Below are positions 1-14,000 of a stretch of 64,000 nt of DNA, piece after piece. Origin of the DNA: Eledone cirrhosa (taxonomy: Eukaryota); assembly GCA_964016885.1 (NCBI GenBank), contig OZ024740.1, positions 416,206,001 through 416,270,000 of the forward strand, in the 5' to 3' direction. Made by a program: the position numbers and the translations under genes. The notes below the pieces were generated by a model. It saw nothing but the letters and a program-made list of their open reading frames with translations. It did no database searches and was not told the origin of the DNA. Positions within the stretch are counted from its first letter, which is position 1; every line of letters begins with the position of its first letter.

Positions 1-1529
1 GGCACTATTTACAACTTGTTCACTGGTACAGTTCCTCTTGCAACCCAATGTTAGTGGTACTATTTGCAACCTGTTCACTGGTACAGTTCCTGTTGTAACC
101 CAATATTAATGGCACTATTTACAACTTGTTCACTGGTACAGTTCCTGTTGCAACCCAATGTTAGTGGCACTATTTACAACCTGTTCACTGGTACAGTTCC
201 TCTTGTAACCCTATATTAGTGGCACTATTTGCAACCTGTTCACTGGTACAGTTCCTCTTGTAACCCAATATTAGTGGCACTATTTGCAACCTGTTCACTG
301 GTACAGTTCCTGTTGTAACCCAATATTAGTGGCACTACTTACAACTTGTTCACTGGTACAGTTCCTCTTGCAACCCAATGTTAGTGGCACTATTTGCAAC
401 CTGTTCACTGGTACAGTTCCTCTTGCAACCCAATGTTAGTGGCACTATTTACAACCTGTTCACTGGTACAGTTCCTGTTGCAACCCAATGTTAGTGGCAC
501 TATTTACAACCTGTTCACTGGTACAGTTCCTCTTGCAACCCAATATTAGTGGCACTATTTGCAACCTGTTCACTGGTACAGTTCCTCTTGCAACCCAATG
601 TTAGTGGCACTATTTACAACCTGTTCACTGGTACAGTTCCTGTTGCAACCCAATGTTAGTGGCACTATCTACAACCTGTTCACTGGTACAGTTCCTCTTG
701 TAACCCAATATTAGTGGCACTATTTACAACCTGTTCACTGGTACAGTTCCTGTTGCAACCCAATGTTAGTGGCACTATTTGCAACCTGTTCGCTGGTACA
801 GTTCCTCTTGTAACCCAATGTTAGTGGCACTATTTACAACCTGTTCACTGGTGCAGTTCCTCTTGTAACCCAATGTTAGTGGCACTATTTGCAACCTGTT
901 CGCTGGTACAGTTCCTCTTGTAACCCAATGTTAGTGGCACTATTTGCAATCTGTTCACTGGTACAGTTCCTCTTGCAACCCAATGTTAGTGGCACTATTT
1001 GGAACCTGTTCACTGGTACAGTTCTTGTTGTAACCCAATGTTAGTGGCACTATTTACAACCTGTTCACTGGTACAGTTCCTCTTGCAATATTAGTGGCAC
1101 TATTTACAACCTGTTCACTGGTACAGTTCCTCTTGCAACCCAATGTTAGTGGCACTATTTACAATCTGTTCACTGGTACAGTTCCTCTTGCAACCCAATG
1201 TTTGTGGCACTATTTACAACCTGTTCACTGATCAGTTCCTCTTGCAACCCAATGTTAGTGGCACTATTTACAACCTGTTCACTGGTACAGTTCCTCTTGT
1301 AACCCAATATTAGTGGCACTATTTACAACCTGCTCACTGATACAGTTCCTCTTGCAACCCAATGTTAGTGGCACTATTTACAACCTGTTCACTGATACAG
1401 TTCCTCTTGCAACCCAATGTTAGTGGCACTATTTACAACTTGTTCACTGGTACAGTTCCTCTTGCAACCCAATGTTAGTGGCACTATTTACAACTTGTTC
1501 ACTGGTACAGTTCCTCTTGCAACCCAATG

Positions 1530-4500
1530 TTAGTGGCACTATTTACAACCTGTTCACTGGTACAGTTCCTCTTGCAACCCAATGTTAGTGGCACTATTTA
1601 CAACCTGTTCACTGGTACAGTTCCTCTTGCAACCCAATGTTAGTGGCACTATTTACAACCTGTTCACTGATACAGTTCCTCTTGCAACCCAATGTTAGTG
1701 GCACTATTTACAACTTGTTCACTGGTACAGTTCCTCTTGCAACCCAATGTTAGTGGCACTATTTACAACCTGTTCACTGGTACAGTTCCTGTTGCAACCC
1801 AATGTTAGTGGCACTATTTACAACCTGTTCACTGGTACAGTTCCTCTTGCAACCCAATGTTAGTGGCACTATTTACAACCTGTTCACTGGTACATTTCCT
1901 CTTGCAACCCAATGTTAGTGGCACTATTTACAACCTGTTCACTGATACAGTTCCTCTTGCAACCCAATGTTAGTGGCACTATTTAGAACCTGTTCACTGG
2001 TACAATTCCTCTTGCAAGCCAATGTTAGTGGCACTACTTACAACCTGTTCACTGGTACAGTTCCTGTTGCAACCCAATGTTAGTGGCACTATTTACAACC
2101 TGTTCACTGGTACAGTTCCTGTTGCAACCCAATATTAGTGGCACTATTTACAACCTGTTCACTGGTACAGTTCTTGCAACCCAATGTTAGTGGCACTATT
2201 TACAACCTGTTCACTGATACAGTTCCTGTTACAACCCAATGTTAGTGGCACTATTTACAACCTGTTCACTGGTACAGTTCCTCTTGCAACCCAATGTTAG
2301 TGGCACTATTTACAACCTGTTCACTGGTACAGTTCCTCTTGCAACCCAATGTTAGTGGCACTATTTACAACCTGTTCACTGATACAGTTCTTGTTGTAAC
2401 CCAATGTTAGTGGTACTATTTACAACCTGTTCACTGATACAGTTCCTCTTGCAACCCAATGTTAGTGGCACTATTTACAACCTGTTCACTGATACAATTC
2501 CTCTTGCAACCCAATGTTAGTGGCACTATTTACAACCTGTTCACTGATACAGTTCCTGTTGCAACCCAATGTTAGTGGCACTATTTACAACCTGTTCACT
2601 GATACAGTTCCTCTTGCAACCCAATGTTAGTGGCACTACTTACAACCTGTTCACTGGTACAGTTCCTCTTGCAATATTAGTGGCACTATTTACAACCTGT
2701 TCACTGGTACAGTTCCTCTTGCAACCCAATGTTAGTGGCACTATTTACAACCTGTTCACTGGTACAGTTCCTCTTGCAATATTAGTGGCACTATTTACAA
2801 CCTGTTCACTGGTACAGTTCCTCTTGCAACCCAATGTTAGTGGCACTATTTACAACCTGTTCTCTGGTACTGTTCCTCTTGCAATATTAGTTGCACTATT
2901 TACAACCTGTTTACTGATACAGTTGCTGTTGCAACCCAATATTAGTGGCACTATTTACAACCTGTTCACTGGTACAGTACCTCTTGCAATATTAGTGGCA
3001 CTATTTACAACCTGTTCACTGGTACACTTCCTCTTGTAACCCAATGTTAGTGGCACTATTTACAACCTGTTCACTGGTACAGTTCCTCTTGCAATATTAG
3101 TGGCACTATTTACAACCTGTTCACTGGTACAGTTCCTCTTGCAACCCAATGTTAGTGGCACTATTTACAACCTGTTCTCTGGTACTGTTCCTCTTGCAAT
3201 ATTAGTTGCACTATTTACAACCTGTTCACTGATACAGTTCTTGTTGCAACCCAATATTAGTGGCACTATTTACAACCTGTTCACTGGTACAGTTCCTCTT
3301 GTAACCCAATGTTAGTGGCACTATTTACAACCTGTTCTCTGGTACAGTTCCTCTTGCAACCCAATGTTAGTGGCACTATTTACAACCTGTTCTCTGGTAC
3401 AGTTCCTCTTGCAACCCAATGTTAGTGGCACTATTTACAACCTGTTCACTGATCAGTTCCTCTTGCAAACCAATATTAGTGGCACTATTTACAACCTGTT
3501 CACTGATACAGTTCCTGTTGCAACCCAATGTTAGTGGCACTATTTACAACCTGTTCACTGGTACAGTTCCTCTTGCAACCCAATGTTAGTGGCACTATTT
3601 ACAACCTGTTCACTGGTACAGTTCCTCTTGCAACCCAATGTTAGTGGCACTATTTACAACCTGTTCACTGATACAGTTCCTCTTGCAACCCAATGTTAGT
3701 GGCACTATTTACAACTTGTTCACTGGTACAGTTCCTCTTGCAACCCAATGTTAGTGGCACTATTTACAACCTGTTCACTGGTACAGTTCCTGTTGCAACC
3801 CAATGTTAGTGGCACTATTTACAACCTGTTCACTGGTACAGTTCCTCTTGCAACCCAATGTTAGTGGCACTATTTACAACCTGTTCACTGGTACAGTTCC
3901 TCTTGCAACCCAATGTTAGTGGCACTATTTACAACCTGTTCACTGATACAGTTCCTCTTGCAACCCAATGTTAGTGGCACTATTTAGAACCTGTTCACTG
4001 GTACAATTCCTCTTGCAAGCCAATGTTAGTGGCACTACTTACAACCTGTTCACTGGTACAGTTCCTGTTGCAACCCAATGTTAGTGGCACTATTTACAAC
4101 CTGTTCACTGGTACAGTTCCTGTTGCAACCCAATATTAGTGGCACTATTTACAACCTGTTCACTGGTACAGTTCTTGCAACCCAATGTTAGTGGCACTAT
4201 TTACAACCTGTTCACTGATACAGTTCCTGTTACAACCCAATGTTAGTGGCACTATTTACAACCTGTTCACTGGTACAGTTCCTCTTGCAACCCAATGTTA
4301 GTGGCACTATTTACAACCTGTTCACTGGTACAGTTCCTCTTGCAACCCAATGTTAGTGGCACTATTTACAACCTGTTCACTGATACAGTTCTTGTTGTAA
4401 CCCAATGTTAGTGGTACTATTTACAACCTGTTCACTGATACAGTTCCTCTTGCAACCCAATGTTAGTTGCACTATTTACAACCTGTTCACTGATACAATT

Positions 4501-5610
4501 CCTCTTGCAACCCAATGTTAGTGGCACTATTTACAACCTGTTCACTGATACAGTTCCTGTTGCAACACAATGTTAGTGGCACTATTTACAACCTGTTCAC
4601 TGATACAGTTCCTCTTGCAACCCAATGTTAGTGGCACTACTTACAACCTGTTCACTGGTACAGTTCCTCTTGCAATATTAGTGGCACTATTTACAACCTG
4701 TTCACTGGTACAGTTCCTCTTGCAACCCAATGTTAGTGGCACTATTTACAACCTGTTCACTGGTACAGTTCCTCTTGCAATATTAGTGGCACTATTTACA
4801 ACCTGTTCACTGGTACAGTTCCTCTTGCAACCCAATGTTAGTGGCACTATTTACAACCTGTTCTCAGGTACTGTTCCTCTTGCAATATTAGTTGCACTAT
4901 TTACAACCTGTTTACTGATACAGTTGCTGTTGCAACCCAATATTAGTGGCACTATTTACAACCTGTTCACTGGTACAGTACCTCTTGCAATATTAGTGGC
5001 ACTATTTACAACCTGTTCACTGGTACAGTTCCTCTTGTAACCCAATGTTAGTGGCACTATTTACAACCTGTTCACTGGTACAGTTCCTCTTGCAATATTA
5101 GTGGGACTATTTACAACCTGTTCACTGGTACAGTTCCTCTTGCAACCCAATGTTAGTGGCACTATTTACAACCTGTTCTCTGGTACTGTTCCTCTTGCAA
5201 TATTAGTTGCACTATTTACAACCTGTTCACTGATACAGTTCTTGTTGCAACCCAATATTAGTGGCACTATTTACAACCTGTTCACTGGTACAGTTCCTCT
5301 TGTAACCCAATGTTAGTGGCACTATTTACAACCTGTTCTCTGGTACAGTTCCTCTTGCAACCCAATGTTAGTGGCACTATTTACAACCTGTTCTCTGGTA
5401 CAGTTCCTCTTGCAACCCAATGTTAGTGGCACTATTTACAACCTGTTCACTGATCAGTTCCTCTTGCAAACCAATATTAGTGGCACTATTTACAACCTGT
5501 TCACTGATACAGTTCCTGTTGCAACCCAATGTTAGTGGCACTATTTACAACCTGTTCACTGGTACAGTTCCTCTTGCAACCCAATGTTAGTGGCACTATT
5601 TACAACCTGT
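1530..5610. repeat. Higher-order duplication in satellite, 2001-bp period (edges approximate)
   Basis: Private variants recur at +2001: ATTTAGAACC (1981/3982) and the 52-bp unit (about 2170/4171). ORF-track starts match at 2569/4570 and 3100/5101. Confidence 0.9.
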
Positions 5611-8420
5611 TCACTGATACAGTTCCTCTTGCAACCCAATGTTAGTGGCACTATTTACAACCTGTTCACTGATCAGTTCCTCTTGCAACCCAATATTAGT
5701 GGCACTATTTACAACCTGTTCACTGATACAGTTCCTCTTGCAACCCAATGTTAGTGGCACTATTTACAACCTGTTCACTGATCAGTTCCTCTTGCAACCC
5801 ATTGTTAGTGGCACTATTTACAACCTGTTCACTGGTACAGTTCCTCTTGTAACCCAATATTAGTGGCACTATTTACAACCTGTTCACTGATACAGTTCCT
5901 GTTGCAACCCAATGTTAGTGGCACTATTTACAACCTGTTCACTGGTACAGTTCCTCTTGCAACCCAATGTTAGTTGCACTATTTACAACCTGTTCACTGG
6001 TACAGTTCCTCTTGCAATATTAGTGGCACTATTTACAACCTGTTCACTTGTACAGTTCCTCTTGCAACCCAATGTTAGTGGCACTATTTACAACCTGTTC
6101 ACTGGTACAGTTCCTCTTGTAACCCGATATTAGTGGCACTATTTACAACCTGTTCACTGGTACAGTTCCTCTTGCAACCCAATATTAGTGGCACTATTTA
6201 CAACCTGTTCAGTGGTACAGTTCCTCTTGTAACCCAATGTTAGTGGCACTATTTACAACCTGTTCACTGGTACAGTTCCTCTTGCAATATTAGTGGCACT
6301 ATTTACAACCTGTTCACTGGTACAGTTCCTCTTGCAACCCAATGTTAGTGGTACTATTTACAACCTGTTCACTGGTACAGTTCCTCTTGCAACCCAATAT
6401 TAGTGGTACTATTTACAACCTGTTCACTGGTACAGTTCCTCTTGCAACCCAATGTTAGTGGTACTATTTGCAACCTGTTCACTGATTCAGTTCCTGTTGC
6501 AACCCAATATTAGTGGCACTATTTACAACCTGTTCACTGATTCAGTTCCTGTTGCAACCCAATATTAGTGGCACTATTTACAACCTGTTCACTGATACAG
6601 TTCCTCTTGCAACCCAATGTTAGTGGCACTATTTACAACTTGTTCACTGGTACAGTTCCTCTTGCAACCCAATGTTAGTGGCACTATTTACAACTTGTTC
6701 ACTGGTACAGTTCCTCTTGCAACCCAATGTTAGTGGCACTATTTACAACCTGTTCACTGGTACAGTTCCTCTTGCAACCCAATGTTAGTGGCACTATTTA
6801 CAACCTGTTCACTGGTACAGTTCCTCTTGCAACCCAATGTTAGTGGCACTATTTACAACCTGTTCTCTGGTACAGTTCCTCTTGCAACCCAATGTTAGTG
6901 GCACTATTTACAACCTGTTCTCTGGTACAGTTCCTCTTGCAACCCAATGTTAGTGGCACTATTTACAACCTGTTCACTGATCAGTTCCTCTTGCAAACCA
7001 ATATTAGTGGCACTATTTACAACCTGTTCACTGATACAGTTCCTGTTGCAACCCAATGTTAGTGGCACTATTTACAACCTGTTCACTGGTACAGTTCCTC
7101 TTGCAACCCAATGTTAGTGGCACTATTTACAACCTGTTCACTGATACAGTTCCTCTTGCAACCCAATGTTAGTGGCACTATTTACAACCTGTTCACTGAT
7201 CAGTTCCTCTTGCAACCCAATATTAGTGGCACTATTTACAACCTGTTCACTGATACAGTTCCTCTTGCAACCCAATGTTAGTGGCACTATTTACAACCTG
7301 TTCACTGATCAGTTCCTCTTGCAACCCATTGTTAGTGGCACTATTTACAACCTGTTCACTGGTACAGTTCCTCTTGTAACCCAATATTAGTGGCACTATT
7401 TACAACCTGTTCACTGATACAGTTCCTGTTGCAACCCAATGTTAGTGGCACTATTTACAACCTGTTCACTGGTACAGTTCCTCTTGCAACCCAATGTTAG
7501 TTGCACTATTTACAACCTGTTCACTGGTACAGTTCCTCTTGCAATATTAGTGGCACTATTTACAACCTGTTCACTTGTACAGTTCCTCTTGCAACCCAAT
7601 GTTAGTGGCACTATTTACAACCTGTTCACTGGTACAGTTCCTCTTGTAACCCGATATTAGTGGCACTATTTACAACCTGTTCACTGGTACAGTTCCTCTT
7701 GCAACCCAATATTAGTGGCACTATTTACAACCTGTTCAGTGGTACAGTTCCTCTTGTAACCCAATGTTAGTGGCACTATTTACAACCTGTTCACTGGTAC
7801 AGTTCCTCTTGCAATATTAGTGGCACTATTTACAACCTGTTCACTGGTACAGTTCCTCTTGCAACCCAATGTTAGTGGTACTATTTACAACCTGTTCACT
7901 GGTACAGTTCCTCTTGCAACCCAATATTAGTGGCACTATTTACAACCTGTTCACTGGTACAGTTCCTCTTGCAACCCAATATTAGTGGTACTATTTACAA
8001 CCTGTTCACTGGTACAGTTCCTCTTGCAACCCAATGTTAGTGGTACTATTTGCAACCTGTTCACTGATTCAGTTCCTGTTGCAACCCAATATTAGTGGCA
8101 CTATTTACAACCTGTTCACTGATTCAGTTCCTGTTGCAACCCAATATTAGTGGCACTATTTACAACCTGTTCACTGATACAGTTCCTCTTGCAACCCAAT
8201 GTTAGTGGCACTATTTACAACTTGTTCACTGGTACAGTTCCTCTTGCAACCCAATGTTAGTGGCACTATTTACAACTTGTTCACTGGTACAGTTCCTCTT
8301 GCAACCCAATGTTAGTGGCACTATTTACAACCTGTTCACTGGTACAGTTCCTCTTGCAACCCAATGTTAGTGGCACTATTTACAACCTGTTCACTGGTAC
8401 AGTTCCTCTTGCAACCCAAT
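5310..8420. repeat. Higher-order duplication in satellite, about 1527-bp period (edges approximate)
   Basis: ORF starts 5639/7166 and 5912/7439 match. The rare variants CACTTGTAC and ACCCGATAT recur at the same offset. Confidence 0.85.
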
Positions 8421-10858
8421 GTTAGTGGCACTATTTACAACCTGTTCACTGGTACAGTTCCTCTTGCAACCCAATATTAGTGGCACTATTTACAACCTGT
8501 TCACTGGTACAGTTCCTCTTGCAACCCAATGTTAGTAGCACTATTTACAACCTGTTCACTGATACAGTTCCTGTTACAACCCAATGTTAGTGGCACTATT
8601 TACAACCTGTTCACTGGTACAGTTCCTCTTGCAACCCAATGTTAGTGGCACTATTTACAACCTGTTCACTGGTACAGTTCCTCTTGCAACCCAATGTTAG
8701 TGGCACTATTTACAACCTGTTCACTGATACAGTTCCTCTTGCAACCCAATGTTAGTGGCACTATTTACAACCTGTTCACTGGTACAATTCCTCTTGCAAG
8801 CCACTGTTAGTGGCACTACTTACAACCTGTTCACTGGTACAGTTCCTGTTGCAACCCAATGTTAGTGGCACTATTTACAACCTGTTCACTGGTACAGTTC
8901 CTGTTGCAACCCAATATTAGTGGAACTATTTACAACCTGTTCACTGGTACAGTACCTCTTGCAACCCAATGTTAGTGGCACTATTTACAACCTGTTCACT
9001 GATACAGTTCCTGTTACAACCCAATGTTAGTGGCACTATTTACAACCTGTTCACTGGTACAGTTCCTCTTGCAACCCAATGTTAGTGGCACTATTTACAA
9101 CCTGTTCACTGGTACAGTTCCTCTTGCAACCCAATGTTAGTGGCACTATTTACAACCTGTTCACTGATACAGTTCTTGTTGTAACCCAATGTTAGTGGTA
9201 CTATTTACAACCTGTTCACTGATACAGTTCCTCTTGCAACCCAATGTTAGTGGCACTATTTACAACCTGTTCACTGATACAATTCCTCTTGCAACCCAAT
9301 GTTAGTGGCACTATTTACAACCTGTTCACTGATACAGTTCCTGTTGCAACCCAATGTTAGTGGCACTATTTACAACCTGTTCACTGATACAGTTCCTCTT
9401 GCAACCCAATGTTAGTGGCACTACTTACAACCTGTTCACTGGTACAGTTCCTCTTGCAATATTAGTGGCACTATTTACAACCTGTTCACTGGTACAGTTC
9501 CTCTTGCAACCCAATGTTAGTGGCACTATTTACAACCTGTTCACTGGTACAGTTCCTCTTGCAATATTAGTGGCACTATTTACAACCTGTTCACTGGTAC
9601 AGTTCCTCTTGCAACCCAATGTTAGTGGCACTATTTACAACCTGTTCTCTGGTACTGTTCCTCTTGCAATATTAGTTGCACTATTTACAACCTGTTTACT
9701 GATACAGTTGCTGTTGCAACCCAATATTAGTGGCACTATTTACAACCTGTTCACTGGTACAGTACCTCTTGCAATATTAGTGGCACTATTTACAACCTGT
9801 TCACTGGTACAGTTCCTCTTGTAACCCAATGTTAGTGGCACTATTTACAACCTGTTCACTGGTACAGTTCCTCTTGCAATATTAGTGGCACTATTTACAA
9901 CCTGTTCACTGGTACAGTTCCTCTTGCAACCCAATGTTAGTGGCACTATTTACAACCTGTTCTCTGGTACTGTTCCTCTTGCAATATTAGTTGCACTATT
10001 TACAACCTGTTCACTGATACAGTTCTTGTTGCAACCCAATATTAGTGGCACTATTTACAACCTGTTCACTGGTACAGTTCCTCTTGTAACCCAATGTTAG
10101 TGGCACTATTTACAACCTGTTCTCTGGTACAGTTCCTCTTGCAACCCAATGTTAGTGGCACTATTTACAACCTGTTCTCTGGTACAGTTCCTCTTGCAAC
10201 CCAATGTTAGTGGCACTATTTACAACCTGTTCACTGATCAGTTCCTCTTGCAACCCAATATTAGTGGCACTATTTACAACCTGTTCACTGATACAGTTCC
10301 TGTTGCAACCCAATGTTAGTGGCACTATTTACAACCTGTTCACTGGTACAGTTCCTCTTGCAACCCAATGTTAGTGGCACTATTTACAACCTGTTCACTG
10401 ATACAGTTCCTCTTGCAACCCAATGTTAGTGGCACTATTTACAACCTGTTCACTGATCAGTTCCTCTTGCAACCCAATATTAGTGGCACTATTTACAACC
10501 TGTTCACTGATACAGTTCCTCTTGCAACCCAATGTTAGTGGCACTATTTACAACCTGTTCACTGATCAGTTCCTCTTGCAACCCATTGTTAGTGGCACTA
10601 TTTACAACCTGTTCACTGGTACAGTTCCTCTTGTAACCCAATATTAGTGGCACTATTTACAACCTGTTCACTGATACAGTTCCTGTTGCAACCCAATGTT
10701 AGTGGCACTATTTACAACCTGTTCACTGGTACAGTTCCTCTTGCAACCCAATGTTAGTTGCACTATTTACAACCTGTTCACTGGTACAGTTCCTCTTGCA
10801 ATATTAGTGGCACTATTTACAACCTGTTCACTGGTACAGTTCCTCTTGCAACCCAATA

Positions 10859-11069
10859 CGGTGGATTGGCAGTATCGGTAGAGGGTCGGACGCCATGCTT
10901 TGCAGCATAGAGTTACGGCTCTTTATGATCTGAGCTCAAATCCCGCCGAGGTTAACTTTGCCTTTCATCCTTATGGGGTCGATAAAATAAAGTACCAGTC
11001 ACGCACTGGGGTCGATTTAATCGACTTTCCCCTCCCCCAAATTACTGGCCTTGTGCCTATATAAGAAAC
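10859..11069 (+). mobile_element. tRNA-derived SINE (family A) inserted in the satellite
   Basis: This is the only non-satellite sequence in the array. It has A-box-like TGGCAGTATCGG and B-box-like GAGCTCAAATCC. The central ACTTTGCCTTTCATCCTTATGGGGTCGATAAAATAAAGTACCAG resembles the MetaSINE Meta domain (from recall). The 3' end CCTTGTGCCTATATAAGAAAC matches fragments at 55047, 57785, 58161 and 61961, and the 5' end matches 54923-54979. Confidence 0.9.
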
Positions 11070-14000
11070 CACTATTTACAACCTGTTCACTGGTACAGTT
11101 CCTCTTGCAACCCAATATTAGTGGCACTATTTACAACCTGTTCAGTGGTACAGTTCCTCTTGTAACCCAATGTTAGTGGCACTATTTACAACCTGTTCAC
11201 TGGTACAGTTCCTCTTGCAATATTAGTGGCACTATTTACAACCTGTTCACTGGTACAGTTCCTCTTGCAACCCAATGTTAGTGGCACTATTTACAACCTG
11301 TTCACTGGTACAGTTCCTCTTGCAACCCAATATTAGTGGCACTATTTACAACCTGTTCAGTGGTACAGTTCCTCTTGTAACCCAATGTTAGTGGCACTAT
11401 TTACAACCTGTTCACTGGTACAGTTCCTCTTGCAATATTAGTGGCACTATTTACAACCTGTTCACTGGTACAGTTCCTCTTGCAACCCAATGTTAGTGGC
11501 ACTATTTACAACCTGTTCACTGGTACAGTTCCTCTTACAACCCAATATTAGTGGCACTATTTACAACCTGTTCACTGGTACAGTTCCTCTTGCAACCCAA
11601 TATTAGTGGCACTATTTACAACCTGTTCAGTGGTACAGTTCCTCTTGTAACCCAATGTTAGTGGCACTATTTACAACCTGTTCACTGGTACAGTTCCTCT
11701 TGCAACCCAATATTAGTGGCACTATTTACAACCTGTTCAGTGGTACAGTTCCTCTTGTAACCCAATGTTAGTGGCACTATTTACAACCTGTTCACTGGTA
11801 CAGTTCCTCTTGCAATATTAGTGGCACTATTTACAACCTGTTCACTGGTACAGTTCCTCTTGCAACCCAATATTAGTGGTACTATTTACAACCTGTTCAC
11901 TGGTACAGTTCCTCTTGCAACCCAATGTTAGTGGTACTATTTGCAACCTGTTCACTGATTCAGTTCCTGTTGCAACCCAATATTAGTGGCACTATTTACA
12001 ACCTGTTCACTGGTACAGTTCCTCTTGCAACCCAATATTAGTGGCACTATTTACCATCTGTTCACTGGTACAGTTCCTCTTGCAACCCAATATTAGTGGC
12101 ACTATTTACAACCTGTTCACTGGTACAGTTCCTCTTGCAACCCAATGTTAGTGGCACTATTTGCAACCTGTTCACTGGTACAGTTCCTCTTGCAACCCAA
12201 TATTAGTGGTACTATTTACAACCTGTTCACTGGTACAGTTCCTCTTGCAACCCAATGTTAGTGGTACTATTTGCAACCTGTTCACTGATTCAGTTCCTGT
12301 TGCAACCCAATATTAGTGGCACTATTTACAACCTGTTCACTGATTCAGTTCCTGTTGCAACCCAATATTAGTGGCACTATTTACAACCTGTTCACTGATA
12401 CAGTTCCTCTTGCAACCCAATGTTAGTGGCACTATTTACAACTTGTTCACTGGTACAGTTCCTCTTGCAACCCAATGTTAGTGGCACTATTTACAACCTG
12501 TTCACTGGTACAGTTCCTCTTGCAACCCAATGTTAGTGGCACTATTTACAACCTGTTCACTGGTACAGTTCCTCTTGCAACCCAATGTTAGTGGCACTAT
12601 TTACAACCTGTTCACTGGTACAGTTCCTCTTGCAACCCAATGTTAGTGGCACTATTTACAACCTGTTCACTGGTACAGTTCCTCTTGCAACCCAATGTTA
12701 GTGGCACTATTTACAACCTGTTCACTGATACAGTTCCTGTTACAACCCAATGTTAGTGGCACTATTTACAACCTGTTCACTGGTACAATTCCTCTTGCAA
12801 GCCAATGTTAGTGGCACTACTTACAACCTGTTCACTGGTACAGTTCCTGTTGCAACCCAATGTTAGTGGCGCTATTTACAACCTGTTCACTGGTACAGTT
12901 CCTGTTGCAACCCAATATTAGTGGCACTATTTACAACCTGTTCACTGGTACAGTTCCTCTTGCAACCCAATGTTAGTGGCACTATTTACAACCTGTTCAC
13001 TGATACAGTTCCTGTTACAACCCAATGTTAGTGGCACTATTTACAACCTGTTCACTGGTACAGTTCCTCTTGCAACCCAATGTTAGTGGCACTATTTACA
13101 ACCTGTTCACTGGTACAGTTCCTCTTGCAACCCAATGTTAGTGGCACTATTTACAACCTGTTCACTGATACAGTTCTTGTTGTAACCCAATGTTAGTGGT
13201 ACTATTTACAACCTGTTCACTGATACAGTTCCTCTTGCAACCCAATGTTAGTGGCACTATTTACAACCTGTTCACTGATACAATTCCTCTTGCAACCCAA
13301 TGTTAGTGGCACTATTTACAACCTGTTCACTGATACAGTTCCTGTTGCAACCCAATGTTAGTGGCACTATTTACAACCTGTTCACTGATACAGTTCCTCT
13401 TGCAACCCAATGTTAGTGGCACTACTTACAACCTGTTCACTGGTACAGTTCCTCTTGCAATATTAGTGGCACTATTTACAACTTGTTCACTGGTACAGTT
13501 CCTCTTGCAACCCAATGTTAGTGGCACTATTTACAACCTGTTCACTGGTACAGTTCCTCTTGCAATATTAGTGGCACTATTTACAACCTGTTCACTGGTA
13601 CAGTTCCTCTTGTAACCCAATGTTAGTGGCACTATTTACAACCTGTTCACTGGTACAGTTCCTCTTGCAATATTAGTGGCACTATTTACAACCTGTTCAC
13701 TGGTACAGTTCCTCTTGCAACCCAATGTTAGTGGCACTATTTACAACCTGTTCTCTGGTACTGTTCCTCTTGCAATATTAGTTGCACTATTTACAACCTG
13801 TTCACTGATACAGTTCCTGTTGCAACCCAATATTAGTGGCACTATTTACAACCTGTTCACTGGTACAGTTCCTCTTGTAACCCAATGTTAGTGGCACTAT
13901 TTACAACCTGTTCTCTGGTACAGTTCCTCTTGCAACCCAATGTTAGTGGCACTATTTACAACCTGTTCTCTGGTACAGTTCCTCTTGCAACCCAATGTTA

